From Pseudomonadota bacterium (GTDB lineage: Bacteria > Pseudomonadota > Gammaproteobacteria > Burkholderiales > Burkholderiaceae_C), in contig JBFLWE010000020.1 of the NCBI GenBank assembly GCA_040758375.1, positions 1,202 through 65,201 of the forward strand: a stretch of 64,000 nt of DNA. Reading direction: 5' to 3'. This document shows, in pieces, positions 59,833 through 64,000 of this stretch. The position numbers were made by a program, and so were the translations under genes. The notes under the pieces are model-generated. The model made no database searches. It had not been told where the DNA came from and saw only the letters and a program-made list of their open reading frames with translations. Each line of letters opens with the position of its first letter. The stretch's first letter is position 1.

Positions 59833-59918
59833 CCCGGGACTGTAGCCGCTCGGACCTGCACAGCGCGGCTGCGCCGGCGCACGCCGGGGCCTTGGCGCGG
59901 CGCCGTAACCTCGCGGGC

Positions 59919-61001
59919 ATGTCAGATCGGTTTGTCCCGGCCTCGCGTCGCGCGCTGCGCATCGCCGGCACGCTGGCCCTGGCCGCAGCGGCCGGCTGGG
60001 TTTGTGAAGCGCTGCGCGTGCCCCTGCCCTGGATGATCGGCCCGCTGCTGGCCACCGCACTGTGCGGCGTGAGCGGCCTGCCGGTGGACGCCGCCGGCCC
60101 CCTGCGCAACGCGGGCCAGTGGGCCATCGGCACGGCGCTCGGCCTGTACTTCACGCCCGAGGTGCTGCAGCAGATCCTGCGGCTGGCGCCGGCGCTCGCG
60201 GCCGGCATCGCCTGGGCTTTGCTGCTCGGCTACGGCTTCTACCGGCTGCTCGCGACGGTGTCGCAGGCCCGGTCCGCGCCTGAGCGGGCCACGGCCTACT
60301 TCGCAGCCGCGATCGGCGGCGCCTCCGAGATGGCGGTGCTGGGCGAGCGCAGCGGCGGGCGCACCGATCGCATCGCGGCCGCACATTCGCTGCGCGTGCT
60401 GATCGTCGTCGTGAGCATTCCCTTCGCCTACCAGTGGGCCGGGCTGCGCGGTGCCGACGTCGCGTTGCCGGCCGCGCAGGCCGTGCAGCCGCTAGGGCTG
60501 GCGCTGCTGGTCGGCCTCACGGTCGCCGGCGCGCTGGCGTTGCGGCGGCTGCGCCTGCCCAACCCCTGGGTGCTGGGTGCGCTGGCCGTGGCGCTGGCCC
60601 TCACCGGCAGCGGCCTGGCGCTGTCGGCCTTGCCGAAGGCGGTGACCAACCTTGGCCAGCTGTTCATCGGCGTGGCGCTGGGCACGCGCTTCACGCCGGA
60701 GTTCGTGCACACGGCGCCGCGCTGGCTGGGCGCGGTGGCGCTGGGCACGCTGGGGATGATCGGGCTGTCGGCGGGTTTCGCCTGGTCGCTGGCGCAGCTG
60801 GCGGGCCTGCACTGGGCCACGGTGCTGCTGGGCACTTCGCCGGGTGGCATTGCCGAGATGTGCATCACGGCCAAGGTGCTGCAGCTCGGCGTGCCGGTGG
60901 TCACGGCCTTCCACGTGACCCGCTACGTGGCGGTGCTGCTGCTCACCGCGCCGCTGTACCGCTGGATCGAGCGCCGCGCGGCGGCGGCGCCCGTCACGTG
61001 A
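59919..61001 (+). CDS. AbrB-family (AbrB/AmoA-like duplicated) membrane protein
   Basis: ATG at 59919 in ORF 59892..61001. Two homologous halves (LPWMIGPLLATAL and NPWVLGALAVALAL). TSPGGIAEM motif. Confidence 0.7.
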   Translation: MSDRFVPASRRALRIAGTLALAAAAGWVCEALRVPLPWMIGPLLATALCGVSGLPVDAAGPLRNAGQWAIGTALGLYFTPEVLQQILRLAPALAAGIAWALLLGYGFYRLLATVSQARSAPERATAYFAAAIGGASEMAVLGERSGGRTDRIAAAHSLRVLIVVVSIPFAYQWAGLRGADVALPAAQAVQPLGLALLVGLTVAGALALRRLRLPNPWVLGALAVALALTGSGLALSALPKAVTNLGQLFIGVALGTRFTPEFVHTAPRWLGAVALGTLGMIGLSAGFAWSLAQLAGLHWATVLLGTSPGGIAEMCITAKVLQLGVPVVTAFHVTRYVAVLLLTAPLYRWIERRAAAAPVT

Positions 61002-61590
61002 TGCGGTGCGCCTTGGCCCGGAACAGCTCGGCGATCCCCACCTCGCGCGGCCCGGGCACCAGCGTGAAGCGCTCGCCGGCGCTCAGGGAACCCGGCGTCT
61101 TGACCGCCAGGTAAAAGCCGCAATAGCCCGACTGCGCCATCATCTTCGCCGCCTTGTTGAAGCCCATCGCGGCGTTGAACTTGAAGCAGGGAAAGCGCGG
61201 CTCGCTCACCACCAGCTCGCAGCCGGCAAAGCGCAGCAGGTCGCCCACCCAGACCTGGCTCTCCAGCAGCCCGCGCAGGCTGAGGTTTTCGCCGATGGCG
61301 CCGGGCGCCAGCGCTTCGTCCCAGCCGGCGGCGCCGGCCTGGGCGCGCAGCGTCTGCCACACCGGGTAGTGCTCCAGCGGGTACGCGTATACCGCCTTGC
61401 TCAGCCCGCCGTGCACTGACAAGTCGGCCTGCTCGTCGCCGGCCAGGCCCAGCGGCTGCACCTCGAGCGCGCCGTGCACCGGCCGCTTGCCGATGGCCGT
61501 CATCACCGGGCGGCCGCCGATCATGCGCGCCTCGGCGCGCGCCACGTTCAGGCTGGCCAGGGTGCCGCCTGCTGGGGTAAGTGAAGGCAT
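60994..61590 (-). CDS. MOSC domain-containing protein
   Basis: ATG at 61588-61590 gives 198 aa. Motifs GDEQADLSVHGG, GENL and EPRFPCFKF typical of YiiM-like MOSC proteins. Confidence 0.8.
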   Translation of the reverse strand: MPSLTPAGGTLASLNVARAEARMIGGRPVMTAIGKRPVHGALEVQPLGLAGDEQADLSVHGGLSKAVYAYPLEHYPVWQTLRAQAGAAGWDEALAPGAIGENLSLRGLLESQVWVGDLLRFAGCELVVSEPRFPCFKFNAAMGFNKAAKMMAQSGYCGFYLAVKTPGSLSAGERFTLVPGPREVGIAELFRAKAHRIT

Positions 61591-61702
61591 GCACACGAGC
61601 TTACAGGCTCGCTGCGTCGGGGTGCCGAGGGCGGTCTTGCGTCTGCGCTGCCCGGCACCATCTGCCCAGCACGGCGGCCTGCGGCCGCGCTGGAGGCCTG
61701 CG

Positions 61703-61981
61703 ATGTGGAAACGGCTGACCCTGTGGTGGACCCTGCTGCGCGGTGACGCGCTGCGGCTGTGGTTCGCGCTGCGCCATCCGGCCGCGCCGCTGTGGCTGAA
61801 GCTGGGCACGGCGCTGATCGTGCTGTACCTGGTGTCACCGGTCGACCTGATCCCCGACGCGCTGCCGCTGGTCGGCGTGGTGGACGACCTGGTGCTGGTG
61901 CCGCTGGCGATCCGCTTCCTGCTCAAGCGCCTGCCGCCCGAGGTGGCCGAAGCCGCCGCGCGCCGCGCCGCGCGTCGCTGA
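61703..61981 (+). CDS. DUF1232 (YkvA-like) membrane protein
   Basis: ATG at 61703. Core IVLYLVSPVDLIPDALPLVGVVDDLVL. Confidence 0.7.
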   Translation: MWKRLTLWWTLLRGDALRLWFALRHPAAPLWLKLGTALIVLYLVSPVDLIPDALPLVGVVDDLVLVPLAIRFLLKRLPPEVAEAAARRAARR

Positions 61982-62034
61982 GCCGAAGCGCCTGCACAAT
62001 GCACCGCCGAGGCAGCGGACAAGGAACTTCGGTG

Positions 62035-62532
62035 ATGCGGCAAGCGGTTGTGGGGGTGCTGGTGGTCCTGTGGCTGGCGGTGCTCGCAGGGCCTGCCGGC
62101 GCGCAGGAGCTGCGCCGCAATCCCTTTGGCGACCCGTTCTTGCGCATCACCAGCGGCCTGGCAGCCTGTCCGGCGCCCGAGGAGCCGGTCTTCACCGAAG
62201 AAGAGTTCCGCGCCGAGGCGCACGACCGCTCGCAGCGCGGCGTGAGCTGCTGGATGGCCGGGCGCTGCCGCCTGCACAACGCCTATCTCTACGACCAGGA
62301 GATCGTGCCGCGCGTCGAGAAGGCGCTGCAGGCCGACGGCCGGTTCGGTGCCGGCACCAGCGTGTGGGCGCTGGGGCAGCGGCGCTACGTGTGGCTCAAG
62401 GGCTGCGTGCAGTCGGCCGGGCAGGCGGCCGAGATCGAACGCATCGTGCGGCTGCTCGACGATGTGGAAGGCGTGCACAACCAGCTGATGGTGGGCACCG
62501 AGGGCCCGCCGCCCTACCGCGTGGCGCGCTGA
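62035..62532 (+). CDS. BON-domain secreted protein
   Basis: ATG at 62035. Signal peptide MRQAVVGVLVVLWLAVLAGPAGA. C-terminal BON-like YVWLKGCVQSAGQAAEIERIVRLLDDVEGVHNQL. Confidence 0.6.
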   Translation: MRQAVVGVLVVLWLAVLAGPAGAQELRRNPFGDPFLRITSGLAACPAPEEPVFTEEEFRAEAHDRSQRGVSCWMAGRCRLHNAYLYDQEIVPRVEKALQADGRFGAGTSVWALGQRRYVWLKGCVQSAGQAAEIERIVRLLDDVEGVHNQLMVGTEGPPPYRVAR

Positions 62533-62839
62533 CACCACGCAGGCGCAGCACCCGGACTCATTCCCCTCCCGACGGTCAAAAGACCTTTGCATCCCGCCAT
62601 TCCGGATTTGCATGACCCCCCGGAATCCGGCGGTTACCAGCCCATTACACTGGAATGACAATGGTTTTGCGCCCCTCTACGTGGTAGCCGAGGGTTCAGG
62701 CGCGGAAACTGCCGTGTAACTTTCGGCTCTCTCCCGATTCGGCGTCGGGCGGCATTGGGCGAGCCCCGCGGACCCTTCTTTCACCGGGCCGCGAGGTTCG
62801 CCCAATCCCGCTTTAACGACTTAGATGATTGGAGCTGCC

Positions 62840-64000
62840 ATGAACCGTCCCGTGATGGAAGGCTTGCGCTTGAACGTGCCGGCCTACGTCAAACACGCCA
62901 GGCTGGTGGCCTGGGTGGCCGAGATCGCCGCGCTCACCGAGGCCGCCGAGGTCTACTGGTGCGACGGCAGCCAGGCCGAATACGACCGGCTGTGCGCCGA
63001 GCTGGTGAAAAAGGGCACGTTCAAGAAGCTCAACCCCGAGCTGCGACCCAACAGCTACCTCGCCTGCAGCGACCCCGGCGACGTGGCGCGTGTGGAAGAC
63101 CGCACCTTCATCTGCAGCCAGCGCAAGGAAGACGCCGGCCCCACCAACAACTGGATGGCCCCGGCCGAAATGCGCGCGCTGCTGCAGACCGGCGAGAAGG
63201 CGCTGTTCCGCGGCTGCATGCGCGGCCGCACGCTGTATGTGGTGCCGTTCTCGATGGGCCCGATCGGATCTCCCATCTCGCACATCGGGGTCGAGCTCTC
63301 CGACAGCGCCTACGTCGCGGTGAACATGCGCATCATGACCCGCATGGGCAAGGCGGCGCTGGAAGCGCTGGGCCCCGACGGCGACTTCGTGCCGGCGGTG
63401 CACACCGTGGGCGCGCCGCTCGAGCCCGGCCAGAAAGACGCCACCTGGCCCTGCAACAAGACCAAGTACATCGTTCACTACCCCGAGACGCGCGAGATCT
63501 GGAGCTACGGCTCCGGCTACGGCGGCAACGCGCTGCTGGGCAAGAAATGTTTCGCGCTGCGCATCGCTTCCACGATGGGCCGCGACCAGGGCTGGCTGGC
63601 CGAGCACATGCTGATCCTGGGTGTGACCGACCCCCGGGGCAAGAAGCACCACGTGGCCGCGGCCTTCCCCAGCGCCTGCGGCAAGACCAACTTCGCGATG
63701 CTGATCCCGCCGCAGGGCTTCGAAGGCTGGAAGGTCACGACCATCGGCGACGACATCGCCTGGATCAAGCCGGCGGCCGACGGGCGCCTGTACGCGATCA
63801 ACCCCGAGGCGGGCTACTTCGGCGTGGCCCCGGGCACCAACTACAAGACGAATCCCAACTGCATGGATTCGTTGAAGCGCGACGTGATCTTCACCAACGT
63901 CGCCCTCACCGACGACGGCGACGTGTGGTGGGAAGGCATGACCGACACCCCGCCCGCGCACCTGATCGACTGGCAGGGCAAGGACTGGACGCCGCAGATC
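62840..64000 (+). CDS. pckG: phosphoenolpyruvate carboxykinase (GTP), N-terminal 387 codons; continues past the window end
   Basis: Absent from the ORF track because it has no stop in the window. GGAG lies 5 nt before the ATG at 62840. My own translation gives [19 protein letters not shown]...[18 protein letters not shown]...[13 protein letters not shown]...IGDDIAWIK, which are GTP-PEPCK signature regions. The 382-aa ORF 62813..63961 (-) is its antisense shadow. Confidence 0.9.
   Translation, partial: MNRPVMEGLRLNVPAYVKHARLVAWVAEIAALTEAAEVYWCDGSQAEYDRLCAELVKKGTFKKLNPELRPNSYLACSDPGDVARVEDRTFICSQRKEDAGPTNNWMAPAEMRALLQTGEKALFRGCMRGRTLYVVPFSMGPIGSPISHIGVELSDSAYVAVNMRIMTRMGKAALEALGPDGDFVPAVHTVGAPLEPGQKDATWPCNKTKYIVHYPETREIWSYGSGYGGNALLGKKCFALRIASTMGRDQGWLAEHMLILGVTDPRGKKHHVAAAFPSACGKTNFAMLIPPQGFEGWKVTTIGDDIAWIKPAADGRLYAINPEAGYFGVAPGTNYKTNPNCMDSLKRDVIFTNVALTDDGDVWWEGMTDTPPAHLIDWQGKDWTPQI

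Overview
This is a very GC-rich proteobacterial chromosome segment. Gene content and order look Burkholderiales/Comamonadaceae-like, judged by eye only. It spans the origin-proximal core: gyrB-dnaN-dnaA on the minus strand, facing rpmH-rnpA-yidD-yidC-mnmE on the plus strand (34.0-44.0 kb), with consensus DnaA boxes. The left arm (0.3-17.9 kb) holds serA and a large peptide-scavenging cluster. That cluster has three dppA paralogues with an M13 metallopeptidase lipoprotein between them, then dppBCDF, then an ABC ATPase with an ABC-2 permease fused to an M1 aminopeptidase. The stretch 17.9-33.6 kb looks accessory and is the most interesting part. It holds vapBC, then a decayed bacteriocin-type exporter (a frameshifted HlyD/CvaA adaptor and a C39-peptidase ABC transporter with two internal deletions). 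Next comes a small ORF with a strong Shine-Dalgarno (SD) site that encodes two tandem double-glycine leader units with short Pro-rich cores. Then come a convergent 771-aa TPR/winged-HTH regulator and a clostripain-like (C11, clan CD) cysteine protease with a PMGSPLL x3 repeat between its catalytic His and Cys. After that is a tightly coupled four-gene operon with no recognisable function (730 aa, DUF1360-like membrane protein, 89 aa, 448 aa Cys-rich), and then two histidine kinases with no response regulator. The right arm (44-64 kb) is mostly housekeeping: CPA2 antiporter, kdsD-kdsC-lptC, SDR, glycine-rich RRM protein, MarC, CPBP protease, LplT/acyltransferase fusion, CoA-transferase, rlmJ, MOSC, BON and a partial pckG. 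I saw no rRNA, tRNA, CRISPR array, transposase or integrase. Many long ORFs in the track are antisense or out-of-frame artefacts of the high GC content. Several real genes start well inside their listed ORF, and one (pckG) is missing from the track because it runs off the window end.
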